From a virus (lineage: Duplodnaviria; Heunggongvirae; Uroviricota; Caudoviricetes): DNA of 64,000 nucleotides. Where the stretch lies: the IMG/VR virus record IMGVR_UViG_3300030332_001481, positions 227,486-291,485 of that record. The stretch is one strand, 5' to 3'. A program made the position numbers and the translations under genes. The notes beneath the pieces are model-generated. The model saw nothing but the letters and a program-made list of their open reading frames with translations. It made no database searches and had not been told where the DNA came from. Below, piece by piece: positions 10,483 through 22,374 of this stretch (position 1 is its first letter; every line of letters starts with the position of its first letter).

Positions 10483-11343
10483 TCATGCTCTGTCCAAATC
10501 ATCCTGGAGCCTAGAAATGGCCTCTTCTGATCGCTGAATGTGCAGCCATATCTGCTCAATCTCTGCGCGCATGTCATCGAGCGTCAGTGTGCGCCGGTAC
10601 GCCTGCTGGGCAGCTTTGTTCGCTAGTTGTACATCGTAGGGCTTTGGCTCGTGCAGGTACTTCCAGCAAGTGTCAGAAACTTCGTCCAGTGCACTCAACG
10701 CGTTCCACAGATCTTCATCGTCTACAGACAGGTTCGCGTTGGCGTTGTTGTTGATGACATCCTGCGCCACTGTGTGGAGCGCACGCAGGTGGGAGCGGAG
10801 CGTTTTGTTCTCTTCTTCGAGTAGTAAAAGAGTGACGTAGTCGCCCTCCAACATCTCATCAGGTCCGGCCTTGATGCGAAGCCTTTCAACTTCCTGCAGG
10901 AGGGCCTCACGTTCCTCGCGTAGCTGCCCAACCTCGGCGCGCAGGTCATCACGGTCGCCTTCTGCCGTTACTTCCTTGACTGCCTCCTCGGCTGCCTGCG
11001 CTGTTTTGGCTTTTACCTTGGCGCCCATCTGGGACAAGTTTCGCTTCCATTCAGGCCACTCGGACACCTGATCTTCAGCCCGCTCCGCCGCTGTCAGTAC
11101 CTGGTCCAAGTTCACGGTACGTGGTTTCTGGGGCCCATCACGTAGCGCAACCACCTGCTCCAAGGCATGCGATACCGATACGTCCATCGCGCTAGCAACG
11201 ATCTCTAGGTCTTGCCAAGAGACGCCCTTCAGTGTGTACGGTGAGTGACTTCCCGGGTCATACCATTCGTTCCCTACCCGGTACCATCCCTCCGCTACCA
11301 TGTAGCGTTCCACATCGTCCGTGGTGATGTCGTACTTACTCAT
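10483..11343 (-). CDS. Coiled-coil hypothetical protein
   Basis: 286 aa ORF with heptad-like segments. Confidence 0.7.
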   Translation of the reverse strand: MSKYDITTDDVERYMVAEGWYRVGNEWYDPGSHSPYTLKGVSWQDLEIVASAMDVSVSHALEQVVALRDGPQKPRTVNLDQVLTAAERAEDQVSEWPEWKRNLSQMGAKVKAKTAQAAEEAVKEVTAEGDRDDLRAEVGQLREEREALLQEVERLRIKAGPDEMLEGDYVTLLLLEEENKTLRSHLRALHTVAQDVINNNANANLSVDDEDLWNALSALDEVSDTCWKYLHEPKPYDVQLANKAAQQAYRRTLTLDDMRAEIEQIWLHIQRSEEAISRLQDDLDRA

Positions 11344-13792
11344 GACGTCTCCTTGTCATCCCCGTAGATGTCTACTGTACGAGACCCGCCTCCGTGCTCT
11401 GCACACGCCATGATCACGTAGGATGATCCCACGATGAAGAGGCAGCAGCCGCACTCCTCTTCTTCGAGGTCTGGGACTCCTGATTTAGTGGGTGCTACTT
11501 GGTCCACTTATCGGCTCCCAGTTCGGTCCAATACGTACGACCTGTCCGTTGTTCACGCAGGTGCAGACGCGCTCTCCGTAGTCTGCGTTCAGGCGCGCGG
11601 AACCCGTGCTCTCGCAGAATATGCGGCACTGGTAACTGTACTCAGATTGGTCCGACATTTTGAACAGCGAATGCGCAAACCCGTTGAGGGCAATGACAAA
11701 GACCAAACCACCTAAGATGAACATCCAGTTCGCCTTGATCTTAGACCGCAGGCTCGGCTTTGCCTCCGCCTCAGCTGCTGTCGATGTAGCTGGCTCGCGG
11801 TACGGGCTCGTCACACCCACTCCGCGTTGATGCCTAGCAGCCCCAGGAGTAGAACCGGATCGAAGTCCTCGTCCGGGTGACCCTCTGCCAGCTGTTCGGG
11901 CTCCTTCTCCTCGTCAGTCACGGTCGGGTAGATGTACCACTGGTCGTTTTCGACCATGACAGGCCCAGCCTCGCCTCGCGCCTGCGCTTCCTTGATCTTG
12001 GCAAGGACAGTCTTGACGGAGTCGGTGTCTTCGATCTTCATCGTCATTCGTCGAGCCCCTTGAGAAACGCTTCCACCTTAGCTGCCATGTATTCATGGGA
12101 GGTCACACAGTTCGCCATAAGGCGATCCAAGAAGTACTCGGGATCGTCGTACTCGTACAGGGGGAGTTCGAAGTCCACGTACACGTTCATAGAATCACCG
12201 GGAGGATTCTTGTCGAAGTCCTGCTTCCTCATACATTCCATGTACCAGTTGGCAAGACTGACGGGGTTGGCCTCGTACACTATACCGTCCAAGACGTAGC
12301 ACACTCTGCCGATCTCCTTCTCCACAGGAGAAGAGTCGTCCTCCAGAGATGCAGCGTACTGCTCCCGGAGGTCGACGACAGCGTCGTGTCCCCTCAGCGT
12401 GGTGGTGAAACCCAACTCGATGATCTCCTCAATGGAGATGTCCTGTGTCTTGTCACTCATGTTCCGTGCCCTCTTTGTCCGAATTGAAGACTACCCACTG
12501 CATGCTTTTCGCCTGCACCAGTTCCTTCTCGTATTCACTTTTGACCCACGCGAGTAGACGCACCAGTCCTACTAGGACTTCCTCTCTGTCGGCCCCTGCA
12601 GCCAGCGCCATGTCTACGTATGAATTCACCACCGCATCCTTGCGGTACAACTTGTCAAGCTCTTCGGGTAAGACCTCATCTAGGTTTGTCATCGTCAGCC
12701 TTTCCTGTGTCCTGTTTACAGCGTGAGACACCACCGCAGGAAGGCCCACCGACTGTTCTCGATGGGCACTACCTCCCGAGCTGAGGCGTCTTCCATCCAA
12801 GCACAGTACCGGCACCTCGGCGTATCAGACGAAAAAGGCCAGTCCCGGACAAAGTCAACGGGACCGACCTTACACCCACAAACTCGACAAGATTCCTTTG
12901 TCGGCTTGGCAGACACTCTATAGGCCATGGCTAACTCATGGATTCCTCGGGCGCGTACTCCAGGTCGTGGGGCCAAACCCAGAGAGCGCAATCTGCATAG
13001 AATGCACGTGAACGAACTAGCAGTGCGCCGTTGTTGTAGTTCACCTTCTCGATGTTGCACGGCAGCGTTCCATGCAGCACAACCCGGTCGCCCACCTTGA
13101 ACTTCGGCTCTTGCCCTACTGAGGACGTCTCTGGCGGGCCCTCCACGAGCCGCTGCGCCTCCATGGCTCGTGCGATCTGCGCAGCCCCCTCGCGAGCCAT
13201 GCCGGCGACATGGTCGAAAATGACTTGCACCGCACGCCCACGAAGCCACGCCTCCTTCCACGCCGCGATGGCGCCCTCGCGAGTGGGGTGAGAGCCCGAG
13301 ACCCCACTATCGTTCACCTCTCCACAGGCGCCCCACCGGACCTCATTATGATACATGAACTGCCATACATGCTCTGGCTCCGGCGCGATCCAGAGAAGGC
13401 TCTCGCCATCGTCTCGGTGCTCACACCCGTAGGCGTATGGAGTGTAGGCGTTACCGCCGCAGTAGATGCAGGTCACTGTGTGTGCTCCTTTGCGATTCTC
13501 TTTGCTACTTCGAGGTCTTCGTCTTCTACGGTTTCACCGAGAGTTCCCCAGATAGCACCTCTCACCCAAGCGTTTACACACTCGTTGTAGAGGCGATGGT
13601 TCCAGAGTTCATGGGTGATTCCGGCGATGATAACGGCAGCGAAGAAGAGTGCAAAACCGGAGAGAGACTCTCCCCGTTCCAAACGATGCCCTGCACTGCA
13701 GGCCACATCAAGAGCAAGCCATAGCAGGATCATCTGCACATACCCATTACGGTAAGCTTTAGTGAGTAGAGACTTAGCCGACTTCAGTAGTT

Positions 13793-14377
13793 TCATTTGT
13801 GGCCCTTTGTGTAGCTCAACGTCAATGCTAGTTCTTTCACAGCGGCCTCGGTGATGCCACCTATCCCACCAAGACCACTTACCGCCTCACGCCAGTGAGT
13901 GTATTCCGAGGCACGCAGCCCTGCCATCGCCAGGAGAAGCTGCTCGTCGTCTCCTGCAACATTGTGTAGCCGCCACGAGAGATCCTGCAGACCAAGACGA
14001 TCGCCGTTCCAGTTGCGTAGCTGACGCATAGCCTTTTCGGCGATGGAAGACTGTACACGCGTGTACAGGTCTCGTTCCACGTAGTAGGTCAGCACCCCAC
14101 CTATGCGCAGCACCGGGGCTTGTTCTACGCCCTCTTCTTTGGCGTCAGCGGCAGTCAGGTGAATGAACAAATGCCCTGTGCGCGCTGGTACTGGGTATGG
14201 CAGCAGGGTGCCGTACCCTTCAATCCATTCACACATAGACATGGGCTCGTCAGAGATGATATCCAGTGTATTAGGGTCTAGGTGGAGGCCGTATTCGTCT
14301 ACGCAAATCGGACCACTCGCTGCCGGAGTCATCTCATCCGTTACCCGGCCGTGGAAACCTACAGCAAACGCTGTCAT
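13793..14377 (-). CDS. Hypothetical protein
   Basis: 194 aa ORF abutting its neighbours. Confidence 0.65.
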   Translation of the reverse strand: MTAFAVGFHGRVTDEMTPAASGPICVDEYGLHLDPNTLDIISDEPMSMCEWIEGYGTLLPYPVPARTGHLFIHLTAADAKEEGVEQAPVLRIGGVLTYYVERDLYTRVQSSIAEKAMRQLRNWNGDRLGLQDLSWRLHNVAGDDEQLLLAMAGLRASEYTHWREAVSGLGGIGGITEAAVKELALTLSYTKGHK

Positions 14378-14868
14378 TCACTCCCACCTTTCTGGAGGTA
14401 GGTATAGCCGGTACATATGCACATGTACGCCGATTTCCGCCGGGCCTTTGATAGTCACCCTGTACTGGCCGCACCGGGGACCTCCGCCGTTACCCTCAGA
14501 CGGAGTGAGGGTCCAGTCTCCAGTTCCGTGCTCCTCCACCACGTCCCAACGGCTTTGACCAATGACTACAGTCTTGTCCGCGTTCTCGCAGGTCCACCCT
14601 TTGTCTGACATCTTCCAGACTTCCATCCTGGTGGCTAGAAGGTCCTTCCCTGAATCGAACAGTCCGTACCATGGGCGGCTCATGTACAGCGGAGGAGGGA
14701 CTCGCCAAGGAGAGTTACCGTCTAGGATGTACCTCAGTAGACCGCCTCGCAAAGAATGCGATGCATCGTTCCTGAGGTTGTCTAGGTTTAACTTTCCCTC
14801 GCTGTGGACTACCTCCATCCAGAGGATGACGGAGTTGAGGAAGTTGTTGTCTGTGAGTTTCATTGTGC

Positions 14869-14908
14869 GTTGCCTGTATTGGTCATCGGTTGCCTGTATT
14901 GGTCATCG
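14869..14908. repeat. Perfect 20-bp tandem duplication GTTGCCTGTATTGGTCATCG x2
   Basis: Read directly from the sequence. Confidence 0.95.
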
Positions 14909-15635
14909 GGTGGTCAGCCACGCTGAACACCCACACGTAGGGGTTATACTTCCAGTCCATGGACGTGTTCCTGTACTTGCGATGCCACAGTACAGCAAAC
15001 GCGTAGGAAGGTGACGTCCACGCGAAGTTGGCAGTCTTGATGGATCCATCAGGCTCCTTGATTTCAAACGGAGCCCCGGCTAGAGTTTCTGTGGTTACTC
15101 CCTCTGCGGCGAGCCCCTCCGGGTCTCTTTCGACATCGTGGAGTTTCTCTACACGTACGTCAGTGACGACCTTGCGGATTCGTGAGGTCCACTTGGGCAT
15201 GTGCGAAGAGGGCCTGAGAACTCCCGGCTCAGCTTCACCCTCTGACCAACCGTCTAACCACTCAACGTCTGTGGTCCTGGTCGTGGGCGTGGGTCGGGCT
15301 GGCCTGCGACTGTACCCGTCAGCCTCGTACATGATTGGAGGTACAACCTCAGCGTCAGACAGCTTCACACCATCGAGAGTGTTTACTGTCCTGAAGGATT
15401 CCCTTCCGTAGATGACGTCACCCGGGTGAAAGGGAGGCATCACCAACTGCGGGCTTTGAAGCTTGTACCTCACGTCAACCGCGCTGGGATTGACCAACGA
15501 GGGAACCACCTCAGTGACGTCCGCACCACTGGGATGGTCAGGTATGCTTACAGGAGACCGAAACACGGTCTTGGTGCCTGAGGCAAAGGCAGCAGCCTCC
15601 CACGGCTTCAGCGCGAGGAAACGGGTTCTAGTCAT
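14883..15635 (-). CDS. ASCH/PUA-like phage protein ('morphogenetic protein' family)
   Basis: G.KT..R.P, P..PGD.IY.RE.F, PS.HMPKW.SRI...V..VRVE.L, AEG, W..NPYVWV motifs. Confidence 0.75.
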   Translation of the reverse strand: MTRTRFLALKPWEAAAFASGTKTVFRSPVSIPDHPSGADVTEVVPSLVNPSAVDVRYKLQSPQLVMPPFHPGDVIYGRESFRTVNTLDGVKLSDAEVVPPIMYEADGYSRRPARPTPTTRTTDVEWLDGWSEGEAEPGVLRPSSHMPKWTSRIRKVVTDVRVEKLHDVERDPEGLAAEGVTTETLAGAPFEIKEPDGSIKTANFAWTSPSYAFAVLWHRKYRNTSMDWKYNPYVWVFSVADHPMTNTGNR

Positions 15636-17708
15636 GGGTATTTAATACTTGCATGGGTTTTGCCTACAATGGCGTCAGTGGCTATCCCATTTTTGCCTGG
15701 TGGTATTTTCACTGGGGATGCCAATGGGATTACGCACACCCTGCGTTTACTGACGCATGGCTGAGAACAGTAAAAATGACTGTAGAGGTGACTCTCACTG
15801 CCTGTAAGGACGTTTAGGTTGTAACGTCCTAGGGCTTTTCCGCAGCTAATACAACTGTGTTCCATGAGGGTCTTAATGTATTTTCTGGAACTCATGGAGC
15901 TATCTCTAGTCTAGCCCGTCCCTCGTCGTATGTTCTCAGGTGGTACGTCGTGACCTCGCCCGTGATGCACTCGCAAGTGTCGTCGATCCAACTATTAGAG
16001 ACGTAGAGAGAACCCTGCCAACGGCAAAACTTCCGACAGTCGCCCTGATGCACGGAAGCTCCGGCCGCCGCGTAGACAATCACGCCTACTGCCGCTGCTC
16101 CCACGATGATTGCCGCGCCCTTGGCCACGTCACGCCAGCGACGCGACCACCAGGTACTGAGCTTCTTTCTAGTCGTCATCAACCACAGTCCTGTCTAGGC
16201 TACGCTGGATGGTATCCTGGAGCTTGATCAGGACTGCACGTCCCGGGTCTCGCTCGTCGCTTGGGGAGCGCATGTCCAAAATCTCCAGTGCCCGTGCGAT
16301 CTCGGGGGCGGCGTTGCGCAGAACTGAAATGAGCGTGGCGTCGGTGCCTACCATGTCCAGCTCAGACCACACTCCCTTGACCAGGTACTGCTCCAAGGTG
16401 CCCTCTTCGAACGTAACAGGGCCTCCCAGCTTCTGGCTGGTGGTGCGCTTGATCCGGGCCCGCCACGGGGCCTGGTGGGTCTTGCGGTGAAGTTCAATCA
16501 GAGATTTTGAAGGTGAGGTCATAGTCAGTTGCACCCACAGGCATAGATGTAGCCCTCACACTTAGGGCAAGTGTAGGTTGAGAGTGCTTTCTGGGCCTCT
16601 GCGATCTGTGCCCAAGCCTTTTGAGGGTCGTTGGTGTGCTTGTAGGCATCTCTGCCCGCCCATGCCATTGACAGCTTCAACGCGTCGTAGAGACGTGAAC
16701 TGACTCCCTTGAAGTTCACAACCAGTGGCTCCGCAGCCTTGTGGATGTGCTTCATCACAGCCTCAGCTTCCGAGGGCTGCTCCTCCGTGATCTTGGCCTG
16801 CAGCTCATCCACCAGCTTGTCCCGCAGACTCAACAAGTTCCTGTACATGTGAGTCCCCATCAGCAGACAAGTGAGGGCATCCAGGGTCGTATCGTTACGC
16901 CCAAGGAGCAGGCCAAACGTAGCGTTGAGGACAGAGAGCCCCGTAGAGCTAGCAGTGAGGGTGAAGACATCCTGGCAGAGGAGGAGGAGCAGCTCGTCGT
17001 CCTCCACGTCTGGGGTGGTTGCAACCTCCAGGATGCGCTCACCGCATCTCTCTAGGTCTCGAATGGAGACAGTCTTACGAATAGGGTCCATCGGTAACCT
17101 CCCGCAGGGGTTGCAGTTCAGCGATCACCTTGCTGAGGTGCTGAGCTGCCCGCTCAAGCTTCTGCGATTCTGCGTAGTGATCGACCAGTATCGTGTTACT
17201 GGGCGCTGGACGAGTTTGATCTCTATTGGCGCTTGACAGGAACAGATATCTGTTCCTGTCAATGTGAGTTAGCGTCAAGCCTCCGCCTGAAAAACGCCAA
17301 CGCCCCTTGTCACTGCGCTCGTTTAGTAGTACCTTTAGGCAGGCGATGTAGGCATCCACTGAGGTCATAGAGACCAAGACGCTTATGTTCTCCCCCGCAG
17401 CTACGTGGTCCAAGGCCGTCCGTAACAGATCGGTGGTCTTACCGGACCGCGGTTTGGCGTCTAGTACTTGTCTTCGCCGGGTAATGGCGACCATGAGGTC
17501 CAGCGCCAGGGAATAGGGGTGCCGATCGGTCACTTCTTCTCTTTTCGCGTCGTGTCTGCGATCTTCCGCTTGCGGTACTCAGAGTACTTCCAGCGGGCTC
17601 GGCGTGCGGCATTCGCAGCCGCCTTCAGTACCTCGGTGCCTACCGTGTAACCCACGGCCGAGGCGGCTCCGTTCAGGATCGTCTTGGCAATCGTCACTCT
17701 ACTTCTCC

Positions 17709-17725
17709 AGTATGGCCAGGGTTGG
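17709..17725 (-). promoter_or_regulatory. Repeated promoter-like motif CCAACCCTGGCCATACT
   Basis: Lies just upstream of the small ORF 17530..17697. Confidence 0.55.
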
Positions 17726-17911
17726 GGTCGAGGGGCCCAGTCACACTCCCACTGGCCCCGCTGAACTGTGGGAGGTTCTTCATCGCCTCCTTCAGCTGTT
17801 CTAGCGCCCGTTGGATCTGCTCCCTCTCCTCCACTACCTTGGCGGCCTCAAGGACCACTGACGGTAGGTCAATCAGATCCATGTCTAGTGAGTAGTCGTT
17901 GTGCTTGGTCA

Positions 17912-18508
17912 TCAGCTACGTACCTTTCGACTCTTGGTGATCTCATCGACAAGACCAAACTTCACGGCCTCCTCCGCATTGAACCAGGAGTCTCTGTCCA
18001 TGGCCTTCTTGATCTGACGCAGAGTCTTTCCCGTACTCTTGGCGAGGCACTCCATGATGTAGCGGTTCAGCCGCTTGCCCTCTGCGACACTGATCTCCAT
18101 GTCGCTCATGGTTCCTCTCGCCCCCGAGGAGATCTGGTGAATCAGCATTCTGGAGCTGGGGAGGATGCGACGATACCCAGGCTCACCCGCAGCCATGAGA
18201 AACGCCCCCATCGAAGCAGCATTTCCCACGCACACAGTGTGCACAGGGCAGCTGATCAGATTCATCGTGTCGTAGATGGCAAGACCTGCGTCGGCAGTCC
18301 CACCAGGACTCTGGATGTACATCGTGATAGCCTCATCCGGCTCGGTCGCCTCAAGAATCAGCAGCTGGGCTACGATGACATTAGCAACCTTGTCGTCGAT
18401 TTCGGACCCAAGGAAAACAATGCGGTCCGCAAGAAGGCGAGTCCACATGTCGAAGCCGCGCTCACGGCCGTTGATACTCTCAATGATAGAAGGGAACGGA
18501 ATACTCAT
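17912..18508 (-). CDS. clpP: ATP-dependent Clp protease proteolytic subunit
   Basis: RLLADRIVFLG, IQSPGG, AASMGAFL (Ser), MLIHQ (His), DRDSWF (Asp). Confidence 0.96.
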   Translation of the reverse strand: MSIPFPSIIESINGRERGFDMWTRLLADRIVFLGSEIDDKVANVIVAQLLILEATEPDEAITMYIQSPGGTADAGLAIYDTMNLISCPVHTVCVGNAASMGAFLMAAGEPGYRRILPSSRMLIHQISSGARGTMSDMEISVAEGKRLNRYIMECLAKSTGKTLRQIKKAMDRDSWFNAEEAVKFGLVDEITKSRKVRS

Positions 18509-19046
18509 CGTTACTTTCTCCGGTAATCTAGTGCGTAGGGGGTAGTAACCTACTTACAGGTCTCTCGTGACGGTGGCCTTCCACTCCGCAAAGGCTTGCG
18601 TAGCTTTTCTGGTTCTGTAGGCCATCTCCAGCCGCTGTGACGACTGTGACAAGGAGTCGTCTCGGTACGACTCCGCGGCAGCCAGCAGCATATCCTTTGC
18701 CATATCAGTGCAAGATGTACACTGTGCAGTATTGGACAGTTGTTCCGCTACTTCGGAGACGGAAGCCCAAATCACACAGTGTCCGTGGTGGTTGGTCCAT
18801 TCCTCCAGTACGGCAAATGCCAGGTTCCTGACGCAGTGAGAGTACTCATCTCCACGCTCCTCCCACCCATCACTGATTCGCCACATCAGCCAAAGGTACA
18901 GGCCCTGGTCGGGCTCGCTATCTAGGTTGTGAAGCTTCGAGATGATAGAGAGAAGGTCTCCATGCTCACGCTCCATGGAGTATCGTTGGTACTCCATCTT
19001 CTCAACGCGCTCCTGGAGTAGCTCCGAAAATAGATTTGCCATTTCC

Positions 19047-19325
19047 TTACCTGCTTTCACGGCAAAGCCGTAGTTTCTGTGCGCGCGTGAGTTGCTTGAT
19101 AGCATACTCACGCTTCATTGCATCACTCTTGGAGGACAGCTCCTCCCAGTACACCAGCTTTACAGGGCAGCGGGAGCGTGTGTATTTAGCACCGCTCCCG
19201 CTGTTGTGTTTCGCTACGCGTCTCTGTAGGTCTGTAGTCCAGCCGCAGTAGAGTGACCCGTCATTGCACTCGACCAGGTAGACAAAGAAATCACCAGTCG
19301 AGATTGCTGTAGGTTTGCTGCTCAT
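19047..19325 (-). CDS. GIY-YIG nuclease (YhbQ/UPF0213-like)
   Basis: FVYLVECNDGSLYCGWTTDLQRR..KHNSG.GAKYTR..PVKLVY.E...AMKRE..IK. Confidence 0.93.
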   Translation of the reverse strand: MSSKPTAISTGDFFVYLVECNDGSLYCGWTTDLQRRVAKHNSGSGAKYTRSRCPVKLVYWEELSSKSDAMKREYAIKQLTRAQKLRLCRESR

Positions 19326-19986
19326 TTGTTTCGACACGACCTGAGTACAGGCGATCCTCTGCTGCGATGATGCGCGCGAGTCTTTCCATGTCAACAAGGT
19401 CCTTGGGCCGAAGGATGGGGATCAGGGTCTTGACCGCCAAGCAGTGCCTAGGGGACACGATTCGAAATACACGTCCATCCTTCATACGGAACTTGTCCGA
19501 CTGCGTGTGCACGTGCTCGAACGTCAGCCCTGTGACCCGTGGCATGCTGTCGAATACGTCCATCTCCTGGGTGAGTACCAACTTCCGGCGCTCGATAGAG
19601 GACTCCGCGTACATCGACAAATCAGCGTCGTTGTCGACCACAAAGGGAGTCAGCTCTCCCTTTCGCAGCAAGTCGTCAACGTCTTCCACCATCTCTTCCG
19701 TCCTCACCAGGATGTCCAGATCGTGGACGTCCCGCACTCCACGGACAGCCAAAGCTGCCGAGCCACAGATCACAAAGTCGTCCTCGGACCATCCTGCGGG
19801 AATACGAGCAACAAGCTCTTCGAACAACGGAGCGTCGTCCGCGTTGCGAATGCCCGCGTCGTACCAAGGGTCGAACCGGGCGCTGTGCACCTTGCCGGTC
19901 GACTGAGACACTGGACTTAGGGCGAAGGCCCGCTCACTAGTAATATTTTGGAACTTCTTTGGCCCGTTACTGAGATCAATAGCCAT
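19291..19986 (-). CDS. Pol-beta superfamily nucleotidyltransferase-like protein
   Basis: ICGSAAL..RGVRDVHDLDI (GS + DxD) and a C-terminal RPKD..D. Confidence 0.7.
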   Translation of the reverse strand: MAIDLSNGPKKFQNITSERAFALSPVSQSTGKVHSARFDPWYDAGIRNADDAPLFEELVARIPAGWSEDDFVICGSAALAVRGVRDVHDLDILVRTEEMVEDVDDLLRKGELTPFVVDNDADLSMYAESSIERRKLVLTQEMDVFDSMPRVTGLTFEHVHTQSDKFRMKDGRVFRIVSPRHCLAVKTLIPILRPKDLVDMERLARIIAAEDRLYSGRVETNEQQTYSNLDW

Positions 19987-21526
19987 TGAGTGACTCCTTA
20001 CGGTTGATTTCCTCGATCACTAGAGCAGTGATTCGCTTCACCATGTCTTCTCGCTCGGACAATGCACGGCGGACAGAAGCATTTACGGTAGCCTGAAGCT
20101 GGTGATGCACCGAGCTGTGCACAAGATCCTGGATCTGGCGCTCGAACTCTCCGCCATCGAAGAACTTCTCCACCTCCTGGTCCACCTTCGCTGCCACGGC
20201 GTCACCGTAGTCGACGAAAGCGGCCTTGATGGCCGACGCCATGGCTCGCACTTCCATGTTCAGTTGTACGACTGGAGCGGGAGCACCCGCGGCAGTTAGC
20301 TCGGACGGTGAGTTTCGACCGGGCCGAAAGAAGGGGTCGTTGAAATCCATCAGCTGACAATCTCCATTAGTGTGTCCCTGGTTACTCTCTCGTACAGGGA
20401 AGCCCCTGCTGCGGCTGCGTCCTGGCGGGAGCCCCACCCCGAAGTGGTGAACGCGGGGTTCGTGAACTTGCCGTTGATCTCCTGGCCCCAGGTGACCAGG
20501 GCTTTGTACCGGTCCCTCCCAGTTTGGATGATCTCTATCGTGGGCTCGTCAAACACTGGCGCAGGCATCAGCACCACCTCAACGTTGCCTTGGGGTGCAG
20601 CACGCACGCCTTTTGGATGTTGCTGAGGAACGCGAAGAACCCCTCGAAACTGCCCCATCCCCCACAACGCTCTTGGACTTGATCACGAATCTTGTCCCGG
20701 TTTTCCAACATGTAATTCATGATGTAGAGTACGTGCTTCTGGGCCTCAAGCCCGCTCAACCCGTCGAGACGGGTCAGCCCCTCCTCGTCCCCACCCGGGT
20801 GATACCCAGCGTCGTAGAGGACAAACCTCATGTTGCTGGTGTAGTTATCACTCAGCGCGTCCTTCAACTCGAACGGCTCTAGACCGCCAGTGTCCACTTC
20901 CAGCCAGACGTCGTAACTCATTTTATGCTCCCTTACTGGGCGTACGGTCGTAGCCCGCCCCACCTGTTTACAACGAAGAGCGGACGGGCCAGGTCGTAGT
21001 CCCAGCCTGAAACCACGGGCTCGCGGAGGAAGCGCTTGGCCTCAGCCGGATCGTCCGCCAAGTGTGGGTTGGCACGTACGATCTTGTCCTTGAGCATCTG
21101 CGTGCCGTAGTAGTGCTTGATGTAGCCAAGGCGCACGAGAAGGGACTGAATCACTTCGGGGGCTCCTTTCCTTCCCACTTCTGCTTCAGCTCCAGGTAGT
21201 GCTTGTACTCTGAGAGTTCCGCATCGGCTTCCCACGAATCACGCTGAGCCTGCCACTGGAGGAAGTACATCTGGTAGTCGATTGGAAGGTTCCGCGGGGC
21301 TCGCCCGCTCTCTGGGTACCGGGGGATCTCAGCCGCGACCAGGTCAAAGCGTTCCATCTCCTCCGTGGTCAGCACGTGCCCCTTCGGGTAATGGTCCATG
21401 AAATCGCTGATGTACTGATAGATGTAATCCTGCAGCGCGTCCTCGTAGTCCCTGTAGCTGTAGCAGGCGAACAGATCTTCCACACCTCCGTGGAAGATGA
21501 CGTAGTAACTCTCGTCGTAGTGGCTC

Positions 21527-22111
21527 TTATCGGTGCTCATCGCTCTTCTCCTGTCTCGCTAGTACTGTGCTAAATCTAGGTAAGGCCAGTCCTGTACCGT
21601 AGGACCAGTTTTGCCGGAAGCCGTACGACCCCATCTCTACGCCGCATGGACTCACTAAGTCTTCTTGATCAGGCGACACGACGTCCCTAGAGCACCGCAA
21701 ACCATTATCCCTGAAGAATGCCCAGGCATGCCATTGGTGAGTCCCAAAGTGGGACCAGAGGCTGAACAGCTCTACCTTCATGAAGGTGAACTGGGAGACC
21801 CCAGCTTCCACGGCAGCCTCGGCTCGAAAACAGGGGGAGACTGCTACGTAGTTTCGGTTGGGATCTAACTTCCCCCTGTCGACCAAGTCGATGAGCCCCT
21901 GCTCTGCAGACCCAATCAAGTCCGCGCTGAGTATGTCCGGATGGGACACCCTCATAGCGAACTTCCCTTCCGGGAGGGTCTTTTCCGACATGCTCGTTGA
22001 GACCGCCCAGGGCACTTCCACGTAGGTGTACCCGTGGTCCACGTAGTACTGCACCGCCTTACCAATCAAGGCATAGTCGATGGGGGCTACGCAATCGAAA
22101 CTCATGAGCAC
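21527..22111 (-). CDS. Class II aminoacyl-tRNA synthetase-like catalytic domain (stand-alone)
   Basis: Motif 1-like GYTYVEVP, motif 2 PCFRAE...FMKVELF, motif 3 GTGLALPRF; no anticodon-binding domain. Confidence 0.8.
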   Translation of the reverse strand: MLMSFDCVAPIDYALIGKAVQYYVDHGYTYVEVPWAVSTSMSEKTLPEGKFAMRVSHPDILSADLIGSAEQGLIDLVDRGKLDPNRNYVAVSPCFRAEAAVEAGVSQFTFMKVELFSLWSHFGTHQWHAWAFFRDNGLRCSRDVVSPDQEDLVSPCGVEMGSYGFRQNWSYGTGLALPRFSTVLARQEKSDEHR

Positions 22112-22374
22112 TTCCTGGGTTCACGGTGTCCGTTGTTGAACGCTCGCTTGGTCACGGCGGACATCTTTTGTAGATCTTCCATGGTCAGGCCCCACTTCTC
22201 GCTTACAAACGCCTCAAGGGCGCCGTACAGGTCCGATGCCTCGACCATGGCCATGATCGCCACACCCTGCTCTAGGGCGTCTTCCAGCTCTGCTAGCTCC
22301 TCACGGAGCTTGGATAGTTCGCCGTACACGCCACGCTCGATGTCCCGCAGGTGGTATCCTGCTTTACTTGACAT
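22102..22374 (-). CDS. Small all-alpha MazG-like protein
   Basis: KLREELAELEDA...VEASDLYG resembles the MazG EExxE...ExxD pattern. Confidence 0.55.
   Translation of the reverse strand: MSSKAGYHLRDIERGVYGELSKLREELAELEDALEQGVAIMAMVEASDLYGALEAFVSEKWGLTMEDLQKMSAVTKRAFNNGHREPRKCS

Noticed and set aside
20350-20604. dsRBD-like pattern (F...G.GS..DA...A)
   Set aside because: Similarity is too weak to call without a profile search.
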